Shown here: one piece after another, positions 39,368 to 48,221 of the stretch
Layout: the number at the start of each line of letters is the position of its first letter
Position numbering within the stretch: position 1 is the first letter of the stretch
Source of the DNA: a virus
Lineage: Duplodnaviria; Caudoviricetes
DNA length: 58,695 bases
Reading direction: 5' to 3' (one strand)
IMG/VR virus record: IMGVR_UViG_3300034175_000127
Span: 1-58,695 of that record
Notes under the pieces: model-generated
Databases searched by the model: none
What the model was told of the DNA's origin: nothing
Seen by the model: only the letters and a program-made list of their open reading frames with translations
Made by a program: the position numbers and the translations under genes

Positions 39368-40510
39368 TTACGCTGTTGTTTTGGCGGCTGTTTTTGGGGC
39401 CGCGACTTTGGCATCAAACGCGGCGCGGGCGCGTTCTTTCCACTGAGCGGGCGCAAGTGTTCCGAGTTGCCCCAGTTGAAAATCAAGCGATTTTTGAAGG
39501 CGTGGTTTAGCGTCGGGGTTTTGGCTCACAAGCGTTGCCACATAATCAAGCGCCCACTCTGAGAGGTCAGCGCGACTGAGTTGCGGCGCGGTGCGCGTTT
39601 CGCTTGCAGTTGGCGCAGCCGGAGCGGGAACCGCTTCACAAGGGGAAACCGCGTCAATGACAACGCGCGGCGCGGCTTGCTTCGGTTTTGGCGGCTCGCA
39701 TTGTGGCTCAATTCGCGCAGCGACAACGCCGCTTTTTTTGGTGCTTTTTGTGGCGCTTTTCGCCATTTTGGGCGCTTCTCTGTTGCAAGGCATCAAAAGC
39801 CCGCTAAAGTCACCATCTTTGAATAAGAGCGGTTTTTTTGGCCCTTCAATCGAGGCGGAAAAGCGGGCGCCCTTCACACTTTGCAGGGCATCGCGCAGAT
39901 AATCCAATTTCATGGCGAAGGAAAAGCAATCGCCCGAAACTTTGCCGAAAATCGGCAGAAAGAGCGGCCCGCCGGATGTTCTCACACAGAGATAAGGCGC
40001 GACCCCATCAGCGACGAAATAAACGGCGCCCTCTGGTTCATCGCTCGCCAGCGGCGCAACCTTTTCGAGAAGCGACAAAAAGTGCGGGCGCTCCAAGTCA
40101 AGCACCATGCCGCGAGGCGAGGCTTTCGCAGCTTCTAACGGCTTTTCCCAGTCCACATAAGCCGTTTTCGCGTCAAGCGACGCCACACGCGCCCCATCAA
40201 TTAAAAGTGCATCCATGCCAAATGAAAGCGTTATATCGCCCTTTTTGGCTTTCAACGCGGCAAAAACCTTTTCGACTTGTGCGCCAGCGAGAAGCGCAGA
40301 ACCGCCGATTTTGCCTTTACCCACAGCGCGGGCGCTAACACTCGCCAGATGCAAGCGGCTCGCATCGCATCCAACGATAAGGAGCGCCGCGTTTGTGTAG
40401 CGCAATTGCAACGAGTTGAGGCTTTGACCGCCTGAGTCTTTGGAAACGGCTATTTTTGCCGCTTGGAGAGCGCCGCTAAACGCCCGTCCATCTACTGCTA
40501 TTTGTGTCAT
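39368..40510 (-). CDS. DNA polymerase III beta-clamp-like protein with C-terminal extension
   Basis: VGCDASRLHL, YVDWEK, MKLDYLRDAL, KPLLF...GLLMP resemble DnaN motifs. Confidence 0.65.
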   Translation of the reverse strand: MTQIAVDGRAFSGALQAAKIAVSKDSGGQSLNSLQLRYTNAALLIVGCDASRLHLASVSARAVGKGKIGGSALLAGAQVEKVFAALKAKKGDITLSFGMDALLIDGARVASLDAKTAYVDWEKPLEAAKASPRGMVLDLERPHFLSLLEKVAPLASDEPEGAVYFVADGVAPYLCVRTSGGPLFLPIFGKVSGDCFSFAMKLDYLRDALQSVKGARFSASIEGPKKPLLFKDGDFSGLLMPCNREAPKMAKSATKSTKKSGVVAARIEPQCEPPKPKQAAPRVVIDAVSPCEAVPAPAAPTASETRTAPQLSRADLSEWALDYVATLVSQNPDAKPRLQKSLDFQLGQLGTLAPAQWKERARAAFDAKVAAPKTAAKTTA

Positions 40511-40561
40511 TGTATCCCTTTTGCCACCGCTTTGGATTGATATATCACGGCGACAAGAGAA

Positions 40562-40590
40562 ATTATAATCAGTCAAGAGAAATAATGCAA
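40562..40590 (-). promoter_or_regulatory. Sigma70 promoter driving the clamp/ArdC/PRTRC cassette
   Basis: TTGCAT-17-TATAAT; overlapped by TATAATCAGTCAAG and by site copy B. Confidence 0.8.
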
Positions 40591-40605
40591 GTATTATTTC
40601 ATTTT
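40575..40605. repeat. 12-6-12 inverted-arm site, copy B
   Basis: AAGAGAAATAAT-GCAAGT-ATTATTTCATTT; same spacer and orientation as copy A. Confidence 0.85.
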
Positions 40606-41232
40606 ATTTTTAAAAAAGAGCGTTCACGCCTTGTATATCTTCAATCTGTGTCAAAAAATAGTGCGCTTGACTGATTATAATCACGCGTAAACGAGACACG
40701 ATAACACGCATTTTAAGAGAGGAAAACAGGGGAGAGAGCGCACCTTTTGACGAAAGTTGGCGCCGATTTTACGAGGTGGGCGCCCTGATTCTCGCAAAAT
40801 CGTGACATTTTGAGAAAAACGGGCGTAAATCAGTCAAAACGGGCCTTTTCGGGCGGTTTTGGCTCGCTTTGTGACGTTTTGGCGTCATTTTGTCACGTTT
40901 TCGGGCCTTGCCTCTGGTCGCGCCATTTTGAGGCGGTTTCTGTTTTGGAAGATACATTCTCATACACAAAAAGCGGGGCGATTTTGGCGGCGTTTCGAGA
41001 GCCAGAGGCGAGCGACGCAAGGTGATGAGCGAGCGCACCACATCGCGGCGCACTTTCGGCTGTTTGTGGCTGATTTTGTCACGTTTCGGGCGGTTTTTTG
41101 GCGATTTACACAGGGGTGGCCTTGCATCCTGCGAGGGGTAGTCGCCACGATCTACAACCATTTTTATTTTGGGAGGGGAAAACGCGGTTTTTTGTGTCGT
41201 TTTCTGTCTCGAATCAACACAATTTTGAAGAG

Positions 41233-41375
41233 CAAGGTAACTATTTTTTGAAAATCCACGCTCAGACAGTTACTTTAGTTACCCTGATTACCCAAAAAAA
41301 TAATCTTTTCGCGTGGGCGCACGTTAGAAAAAACTTTTAGTATTTTGGGTAACTAAGGTAACAAGGTAACTATTT
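41233..41375. repeat. GGTAAC/GTTACC repeat cluster, putative P4/D5-type origin
   Basis: GTTACT, GTTACC, ATTACC (41269, 41278, 41287) face GGTAAC x3 (41348, 41357, 41365); extra GGTAAC at 41236; just downstream of the D5 helicase gene. Confidence 0.7.
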
Positions 41376-41393
41376 GGAATTCGGCTCAAAAAC

Positions 41394-41423
41394 AAAAAAA
41401 CCCGCGACGAATCGCGGGTTTTT
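41394..41423. terminator. Bidirectional intrinsic terminator
   Basis: AAAAAAACCCGCGA-CGAA-TCGCGGGTTTTT just after the helicase stop. Confidence 0.8.
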
Positions 41424-41438
41424 GGTGGTGTGACATCG

Positions 41439-42992
41439 TTAATCGTCCTCGGAAGGAAAGCCCAAATTGTAGTTCGCTCCGCTGGCCTGCGGCGCCAATA
41501 TACCAATGCCGCGCCTGATGGGAGCATTGCCGCTGCCGCGCTCTGGCCGAAAACCGCGCTCTTCGAGACGTTGCCCGAGTTCCTTTTTGCTCATGGGTCG
41601 CTCGCCGCTTTCGCTGGCCCAGGCTGTGTAGGCGCCGTAGAGGGTTGACATCTTGACCTGCGCTTTCTCGCCGAAAAAACACTCTTCGTCCAAAAACACC
41701 TGAAGCGTATCTTGCGTGGATCGATAAGCATCGGTTGCCTGCATCACCTCGGCGGGCCAGCCCAAACCCTGATTCTTCCAGTTCAAACATCCGGTGATGG
41801 CCCATGTCAGAATTCCGACCGCTTCGCTCTGGAGTTTTTCGCTGAGCGTTTTGTCCATCCGCAGTTCGTCGGGTCCTGACTCGCCTTTTTCTGGATTCCA
41901 AAATGTTTGGCTGAAGGGTATCAGCGGAAGTCGGCGCCAAATGGCGTGGTCAGTTCCCTTCACGCGCGGCAGATGGTTGGTCGCAAGCCAAATTTTGTGT
42001 GTGGGGCGAAACTCGAACTGCTCTTGGAATTTGAATTCACCCACGAGCACATCGTCGCCTGTCATCTGCTTCACCTTGTTTTCGTCAAGGCGCCGCCCCT
42101 CGCCTGTTTCACTGGTCGCGACGAATCGCGCTCCGCGTAGACGGGCAATGTCGTTGGCGATTTTGGTTTGCTGGCGCGACGTGATGGTTTCGCTGTCCAT
42201 TTGCAGCGCATATTCGCCAAGCAGACTTTGAATTGTGTTGAGAAAAGTGCTTTTCCCGTTGGCGCCGTTGCCGTGCAAAATGAACATCACCTGCTCGCGC
42301 ACATTGCCTGTGAGCGAGTAGCCGATGGCTCGTTGCAGATATTGAACTAGATTTTCGTTGCCTCCCATAATCGACATTAGAAAATCTTTCCATTGCAGAC
42401 ATTCTGCTTCTGGATCGAAGTGAATGGGAAGACATCGACTCAGATAATGCTCGGGGTTGTGTGGCAGCAGCTCGCCGGTTTGCAAGTCAATGGTCCCGTT
42501 TTGCACGTTGAGGAAAAACGGGTGCGTGTCGAGGTCATCTGCGACCATTGACCGCTTCGACTGCGCTGATTCGAGCATTCCACGAATGGCTTTGGCGCTG
42601 GCAGACGAAAAAAACCACTTCGATTTCGCCGCTGGGTCTGCATCGCGCGCGGCTTCAATCAAAATCGAGCGCACGGTTTTCTCTGCGAGCCGGTTGATCG
42701 TGCCGTTTTTGTCGGGCTGCCAGTGGGTGCCAGTCCAAACCATCCATTTTTTCCATGTGTAGCAATAGCGAATCTGGTCGCCGAAAAGATGAACCAGCCT
42801 GTCGGCGTTTGCCAACTCAGTGCACGGCAATTGAATAATGGGCTTTGGAAAATCTTCGGCAGAGACGCCGGTGTGGTCCGCCGCTGTGACGGCTTGATCC
42901 GATGGCTCAGCGGGGAGCGATTTAGATGAACGCCTTGGCGTCTTGATTTTTTCGCTGCTGGAAGATTTCTCTTGAGTGGGTGTTATACTCAT
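41439..42992 (-). CDS. P4/D5-family SF3 helicase (D5_N + ATPase), no primase domain
   Basis: NADRLV, LNVQNGTIDL, GNGANGKST, KQMTGDD, ATNHLP, AIWRRL. Confidence 0.92.
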   Translation of the reverse strand: MSITPTQEKSSSSEKIKTPRRSSKSLPAEPSDQAVTAADHTGVSAEDFPKPIIQLPCTELANADRLVHLFGDQIRYCYTWKKWMVWTGTHWQPDKNGTINRLAEKTVRSILIEAARDADPAAKSKWFFSSASAKAIRGMLESAQSKRSMVADDLDTHPFFLNVQNGTIDLQTGELLPHNPEHYLSRCLPIHFDPEAECLQWKDFLMSIMGGNENLVQYLQRAIGYSLTGNVREQVMFILHGNGANGKSTFLNTIQSLLGEYALQMDSETITSRQQTKIANDIARLRGARFVATSETGEGRRLDENKVKQMTGDDVLVGEFKFQEQFEFRPTHKIWLATNHLPRVKGTDHAIWRRLPLIPFSQTFWNPEKGESGPDELRMDKTLSEKLQSEAVGILTWAITGCLNWKNQGLGWPAEVMQATDAYRSTQDTLQVFLDEECFFGEKAQVKMSTLYGAYTAWASESGERPMSKKELGQRLEERGFRPERGSGNAPIRRGIGILAPQASGANYNLGFPSEDD

Positions 42993-43111
42993 GGTGTTCG
43001 GTCAAATAAAGCGCGCCCAGGGGCCAATTCCTGCGGCGCGCTTTTTCGTGCGTGGGCGAGAAAAAGGGCGCGCCGACGGCGCGGATGTGTAGCGAAAATT
43101 ATAGCAATCTT

Positions 43112-43168
43112 GGAGACATTACGAAGCAGCTTCGCAATGTCTCCCTTTAGGCGCTATAATCAGTCAAG
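43112..43168 (+). promoter_or_regulatory. Late-operon promoter overlapped by a 33-bp palindrome and the 14-mer motif
   Basis: GGAGACATTACGAAGC-A-GCTTCGCAATGTCTCC (43112-43144); TCGCAA-17-TATAAT; TATAATCAGTCAAG at 43155. Confidence 0.7.
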
Positions 43169-43173
43169 CGTAA

Positions 43174-43980
43174 ATGTCATTCTCTCCTGCGCCCCAAAAA
43201 AAGCCCGATGGCCGAAGCGATTCCGCGCGAAAAGCCGATCAATCTGTGCGTGCCAAGGCTCGCGCCGCGAAAGATGGAATGCCCATATCAACGGGGCGCC
43301 CGCTCAAAGCTGTGGCACTGGAGCCCGACTATAAGCATCCGGATTTAATCGCGGGTGGACTCGCGCGCCCTGGTCGCGAAGCCAAAAACGTTCTGAAATA
43401 CGGTTATGAGTCGGTGCAGGATCACTATGTGAATGGACCAGCTGACTTGCCGATCGCGGCTTTGGCTCGTGTGTGGAATATCACTCCTACTACGATTCAA
43501 CGCTGGATCAACGATTTTGGATGGGGCAAGCTCCGCGCGGAGCGTCTCTCGGAAACCTCCGTTTTGCATGGCGGCACCAAGGGCGATGATATTGTCAAAG
43601 CCGCGCGAGAACAGTTCCTTGAGAAAGAAACCAAAATCATCAATTTGATGCTCGACGACATCGAAGAGCGCCTTGAGGACAAGATCGAAGAACTGATGTC
43701 GCCAACGGGTAAGCTCGAAAAAGTGAAAAAGCGCGCAGCAACACTCCGCACCGAGGTGCAGACCTTCAAAATGATTTCGGAGCACGCGCGCATGGCGCTC
43801 GGACTGCGAACCAAACCGGGCATTTTTGAAGGTGCGAACATCGACGCGCGCTCCGTCACAATCATCAACGAAACGCGCCCGGCTCAAGCCGAAACGACCG
43901 CGTATTTAAACGAAACGCTGAAAGAGATTTTGCCACCTGAAATGGATGCTATCGAGGGCGAAGTTGTGGAGAAACCATGA
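43174..43980 (+). CDS. terS: Putative terminase small subunit
   Basis: HTH-like IAALARVWNITPTTIQRW; first gene of the operon, upstream of TerL. Confidence 0.65.
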   Translation: MSFSPAPQKKPDGRSDSARKADQSVRAKARAAKDGMPISTGRPLKAVALEPDYKHPDLIAGGLARPGREAKNVLKYGYESVQDHYVNGPADLPIAALARVWNITPTTIQRWINDFGWGKLRAERLSETSVLHGGTKGDDIVKAAREQFLEKETKIINLMLDDIEERLEDKIEELMSPTGKLEKVKKRAATLRTEVQTFKMISEHARMALGLRTKPGIFEGANIDARSVTIINETRPAQAETTAYLNETLKEILPPEMDAIEGEVVEKP

Positions 43981-44195
43981 AACGCGAAACTTTGGAAGTC
44001 GAAGGTGACAATTTCGGTTTGAATTATGTGTTTCGTGTGCGTTTGTCCTTCTGGGATCGCTTTTGGATTTTGATAGGTTGGCCCTGTAAAAAAAGTGGTA
44101 TCAACCAAATTTCAGCGGCTGCTTTTCCAGTTCCAGAAAACGAAACCGTTTTCATTCGTCTCGAAATCCGTTTTAACGATTTGGAAACCCTATAA
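43977..44195 (+). CDS. Hypothetical protein
   Basis: Coupled between TerS and TerL. Confidence 0.5.
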   Translation: MKRETLEVEGDNFGLNYVFRVRLSFWDRFWILIGWPCKKSGINQISAAAFPVPENETVFIRLEIRFNDLETL

Positions 44196-45779
44196 ATGGC
44201 CTCTGACCTTGTAGAAGTTGATGACGACGGCAAAATGACCGTCAATTACCACTCCGGCCAAGCGATGGCGATGGACTCTATTGCGACTGAGACCTATGTT
44301 ATCGCCGGTTTGCAGAGTGGGAAAACCACGTTTTTGCCCCATTGGTTGCGCCGCGAAATGATACGTTGCGGCCCAGGCAATCGTGGTTTGGTTTATCTCG
44401 CCTTCGGCCCGACGTATGCGGTTCTTGGCAACAAGGGCGTGCCCGAATTCCGTCGCATTTTCGAGGACATAACCGGCTGGGGCCGCTTCATCGGCTCGCC
44501 GAAATCGCGTATCGAGATCACCAAAAAAGGTGAACAGGCTTTATGGGGACACGAGCAAAAAGAAACGACGAGCATTTATTTTTGCTATGCCGATGACCCG
44601 AGCAGCTTCGCGGGATATACCGCGCTCGCGGCTGTTGGTGATGAAATCGGCCAGCATCGTTTCAAGAGTTCAGCCTACGACGAAATGAAGGCGCGTCTCA
44701 CCATCGCACGTGGCAAAGTGGCGCCAAACAACGCGAAAGTCGGGATGCCTGCGGGTTTGAAAATGGGCCGTTTTTGTGGTGGCTCCATCGTTTACGGTTT
44801 GAACTGGGTTTACGAACATCGAAAGCAGTGGGCTGCCGCCGTGGTTGCAGCGAAAAACGACCCCGATTTCCAAGAGCGGCTACGAATCGGCGCAATCCAT
44901 CCTGTTTATCACTTCGTGCGTTTTGACTCGACCATGAACCCGGCTTTTCCTCAACACGAGTTTGAGATTGCTAAAGCCACGATGGAAGAATGGTATTTCA
45001 ATATGCGCTATCGCGGCATATTTTCGCGCCCTGCGGGCCTCATCTACGGCGCATGGAAACCAGAATTTGAGCGTTTGGAAGCCGATTTAGCACGCGCGCA
45101 GATGTGGCCGATTCCTCTTGACTGGCCACGTGCAGCGGCATTTGATCCAGGCGATGTGAACTTTTACGGGTTATTTGGTGCTCAGCAGCCCAATGACAAA
45201 TGGTTGCTTTACGACACCTATTCGGATGGAGGTGAGTTGTCCTTTCGCCAGCGGGGACAAGTTATTTCTGAGCGAGAGCCTAACCTAATTTGGAGTGTTG
45301 TCGGCCAGATTTCCGAAGACCGTTGGCGTCGTGAGCTTCGCCTAGGCGGGTTGCAGTGCGAGGCGCCGCCAATCAAAGATTTTTGGGCGGGCATTAACAC
45401 CAGCATCGCGGCGATAAAACTCGCTCAAATCGAAATGGTGAAGGAGAAAATGCGCGATGTCATTGACGACTTCGGCACATTTTCAAGGCCTGTCGATGAT
45501 CGCACTGGCCATGTCATCATGGGCCAAAAACCTGACGATGAATCGCAGCGGCATTACATGGCCGCGCTTCGTTATTTCAGTCTTAAAGCATTTTTTGGGC
45601 TGGGCACCAACTATGGCGCGGTTGCTGGCGGTGGCGATTCCGGAAGTGGATCTGCGCCGCCTCCAATCGACCTGAGAAACCGTCATCAACCAGCTTGTGA
45701 GTCTTCGCTTCGAGCGCACGTAGTGCGCGGCGGTCCCATTCGTGGCGCGCGCACTTCTGGCGACCGTTTTTTGGACTGA
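44196..45779 (+). CDS. terL: Terminase large subunit
   Basis: AGLQSGKT Walker A, VGDEIG Walker B, MNPAF, AFDPG nuclease motif, HYMAALRY. Confidence 0.85.
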   Translation: MASDLVEVDDDGKMTVNYHSGQAMAMDSIATETYVIAGLQSGKTTFLPHWLRREMIRCGPGNRGLVYLAFGPTYAVLGNKGVPEFRRIFEDITGWGRFIGSPKSRIEITKKGEQALWGHEQKETTSIYFCYADDPSSFAGYTALAAVGDEIGQHRFKSSAYDEMKARLTIARGKVAPNNAKVGMPAGLKMGRFCGGSIVYGLNWVYEHRKQWAAAVVAAKNDPDFQERLRIGAIHPVYHFVRFDSTMNPAFPQHEFEIAKATMEEWYFNMRYRGIFSRPAGLIYGAWKPEFERLEADLARAQMWPIPLDWPRAAAFDPGDVNFYGLFGAQQPNDKWLLYDTYSDGGELSFRQRGQVISEREPNLIWSVVGQISEDRWRRELRLGGLQCEAPPIKDFWAGINTSIAAIKLAQIEMVKEKMRDVIDDFGTFSRPVDDRTGHVIMGQKPDDESQRHYMAALRYFSLKAFFGLGTNYGAVAGGGDSGSGSAPPPIDLRNRHQPACESSLRAHVVRGGPIRGARTSGDRFLD

Positions 45780-46486
45780 TGATATTGACTCCGATGAAAG
45801 TCTTGATTTCACGATACGCGGATGCTCCAAGCATCGGGCAGGCAGAGGTCGAACGACTTTTGCCGCTTTTTCGCGCCGGTGATGAGCGGGCAGGTCAAAT
45901 CATCGTCGAAGGCAATATGCGTTTTGTGGTTTATGTGGTTAGCACACAATTCGTGTGGGCGTGGAACCATCAGGGCGCCGCTTTATCAGCTGAAGATTTA
46001 TTCCAGGAAGGTGCTATCGGTTTGTGTCGCGCTCTGAGTAGCTACGACCCGAATCGCGGGCGTTTTATAACACATGCTTGGTATTGGGTGCGCCACTCGA
46101 TTCAGTCTGCGGTCAAAAATACCGTTTCGCGCGGAAACGAAGAAACCAGTCTGGAGAAATTTGAGGGTGTCGAATCGAGCCATTGGCGAGATGAACCTTT
46201 TTTAATTGAGGCTTTCACTGATCCTCAAAACATTGCGGTTGAAGTCGAAGACCACGAGCAGAAAGAGTTGTTGAGACAGCGAATTGCCCAAGCTCTGGAG
46301 CAGCTATCGCCCCGCGACGCGCATATTTTGCGCTGGCGTTTTGGGATAGGTTGTTCGCCTGCGACGCTTCAGCAAATAGCTACATCGCTTGGCGTGAGCC
46401 GTGAGCGTGTTCACAAAATCGAGAAGGATGCCCGTGTGCGCCTGGGCAAAACCCTTGTCGTTCACAGCGATAACTCGAAAACCTAA
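45779..46486 (+). CDS. Sigma-70 family RNA polymerase sigma factor
   Basis: NMRFVV, EDLFQEGAIGL...YDPNRG.F.T.AWYWVR (region 2); TLQQIA..LGVSRERVHKIE (region 4). Confidence 0.9.
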   Translation: MILTPMKVLISRYADAPSIGQAEVERLLPLFRAGDERAGQIIVEGNMRFVVYVVSTQFVWAWNHQGAALSAEDLFQEGAIGLCRALSSYDPNRGRFITHAWYWVRHSIQSAVKNTVSRGNEETSLEKFEGVESSHWRDEPFLIEAFTDPQNIAVEVEDHEQKELLRQRIAQALEQLSPRDAHILRWRFGIGCSPATLQQIATSLGVSRERVHKIEKDARVRLGKTLVVHSDNSKT

Positions 46487-46496
46487 AATTTCTCTG

Positions 46497-48221
46497 ATGC
46501 CTACCAATTTAGAACCGCCTATCGTGTCGCTGCAAGAGATTCAGCAGATGGCGGGCGCGCTCGGCTACAACGTGCGCCCGGCCAATAACCTTTCGGAATA
46601 TGTCACAGGTGGCAGTAACAATCGTTCTTGGACGTGGCTTGAAAGCTTGCCCACACCTGACGACGATTTAGACAATCTGATTGGGAACGACGTTTATACG
46701 CGCATGGGAAATGATGAGCAGGTGCAAAGCTCGACCATGCTGCTCATCATGATGGCGCTGCGGCGTCCGCTGACTCTCGATCCGGCCTTTGCTGACCGTG
46801 ATGAGAGCGACGAAGATTTCAAGATGGGTTTGGAAGTCCGCGACTTTTGCCAGCGGGCACTTGACAATCTGGGAAAACATCGCGGCTCACTGTTTCGCTT
46901 TCACTTCGAAATGCTTTATAACGCGATGCGCTTCGGCAATTCCGTCGCGGAAATCACTTATGAGCGTGGTTCTGGCGAAGATGCAAACAAACTCGTTTTC
47001 AAATGTATCAAGGTCAAACAGCGTCACGCGCTGGCTTTTGTCGTCGATTATTTTTGGAATCACCTGGGGTTTACGGCTTATCGTGGGCCTTACACCGGCT
47101 GGCTGGGTGAAATGAAGCGGGTTTTGCAGGTGGCAACCGGTAGCACGATGGTCGGGAGCGAAGAATTAAACGCGAAGAAAGCTCCTGTGAACGATGGTGA
47201 AAATAAGGAAAAGGCGCCGCCACTATGGGAATTCTTGCCGCGTGATAAATTCGCGGTGCTTTCCCTTCTCACCGAAAATAACGATCCACGCGGGCGCTCA
47301 TGGTGGCGCTGCACCTACAACGCTTGGCAACAGAAAATGCGGCGACTCAAGCAACTCGATTCTTTCGCGCGTCGTTTTGGTGAGCCAATTGTGGTCGGCG
47401 AAGTCGCTCCAAACGCGAGTGACCAGCATCCGCTCGATGGCAACGGCAACGAAGATCGGACACAGCCTAAAGTGGCGCCACAATTTGCGCTTTTACAAGC
47501 GCTCATTCAAATGAAGGCTGGCGACGCTTTGGCTGTGGCCGAAGGCACCAAAGTTCACGTAATTGAAAACGGTAATGACGGTGGCGTGCTGATGAATTCG
47601 ATTCACTTTCACGATTCACAGATTGTGAAAGGCATCACGTTCCAAAAACTGGCTACCTCTCCGGATGCACACCAGGCCAAGAACGCGGGTGAAGTTCATC
47701 AGGACGTTTTGAATTCGCCGGTTCACTATCTCAAAAACGAGTTAGTGACGATGGATCTCAATGACCTGCTTATTCCGCTTGTCATTCGCAACTATGGCCC
47801 GACGGCGCGCAAATACGTTCCTAAACCAAACCTTGGGCGCACCGATCCTGAGGATTTGGCCAACCTGCTGATTGCGCTGGGCACAGCTTTCGAGAAAGGC
47901 GGTTTGCACTGGTCGATGCTGCCCGAAATTTGGGCCGATTGGGGTTTGCCGCGTGTCAACATTGAGGAATGGATGGCCGACATGAAGGCCAAACGTGGTG
48001 GCGCGCCGTCCGATGCTGACAGTGACCCAGCGGCGCAAATCGCGAGCGCTCTCACCAAGACCGCGGGCAAGGGAGCCGAATTTTCGAGTAAAAGCGAAGC
48101 AGCTTCGCAAAGTCTCACTATCGAAAATGTGTTGTCGCATATGCCCGAAAACCTACGCGAATGGGGCCGCGAAATGCTGGAAAGCATGGTCGAAAATTCC
48201 AAGGAGGCCAACAGTGGCTAA
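46497..48221 (+). CDS. Portal protein (DUF935/Mu gp29-like)
   Basis: FGNSVAEI, NDPRGRS, RRFGEPIVVG, QKLAT, GEVHQDV. Confidence 0.85.
   Translation: MPTNLEPPIVSLQEIQQMAGALGYNVRPANNLSEYVTGGSNNRSWTWLESLPTPDDDLDNLIGNDVYTRMGNDEQVQSSTMLLIMMALRRPLTLDPAFADRDESDEDFKMGLEVRDFCQRALDNLGKHRGSLFRFHFEMLYNAMRFGNSVAEITYERGSGEDANKLVFKCIKVKQRHALAFVVDYFWNHLGFTAYRGPYTGWLGEMKRVLQVATGSTMVGSEELNAKKAPVNDGENKEKAPPLWEFLPRDKFAVLSLLTENNDPRGRSWWRCTYNAWQQKMRRLKQLDSFARRFGEPIVVGEVAPNASDQHPLDGNGNEDRTQPKVAPQFALLQALIQMKAGDALAVAEGTKVHVIENGNDGGVLMNSIHFHDSQIVKGITFQKLATSPDAHQAKNAGEVHQDVLNSPVHYLKNELVTMDLNDLLIPLVIRNYGPTARKYVPKPNLGRTDPEDLANLLIALGTAFEKGGLHWSMLPEIWADWGLPRVNIEEWMADMKAKRGGAPSDADSDPAAQIASALTKTAGKGAEFSSKSEAASQSLTIENVLSHMPENLREWGREMLESMVENSKEANSG

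Noticed and set aside
40769-41340. Several ORFs of 60-130 aa in the skewed tract
   Set aside because: Low-complexity Arg/Phe or Lys/Pro translations with no RBS; they are by-products of the repeats.
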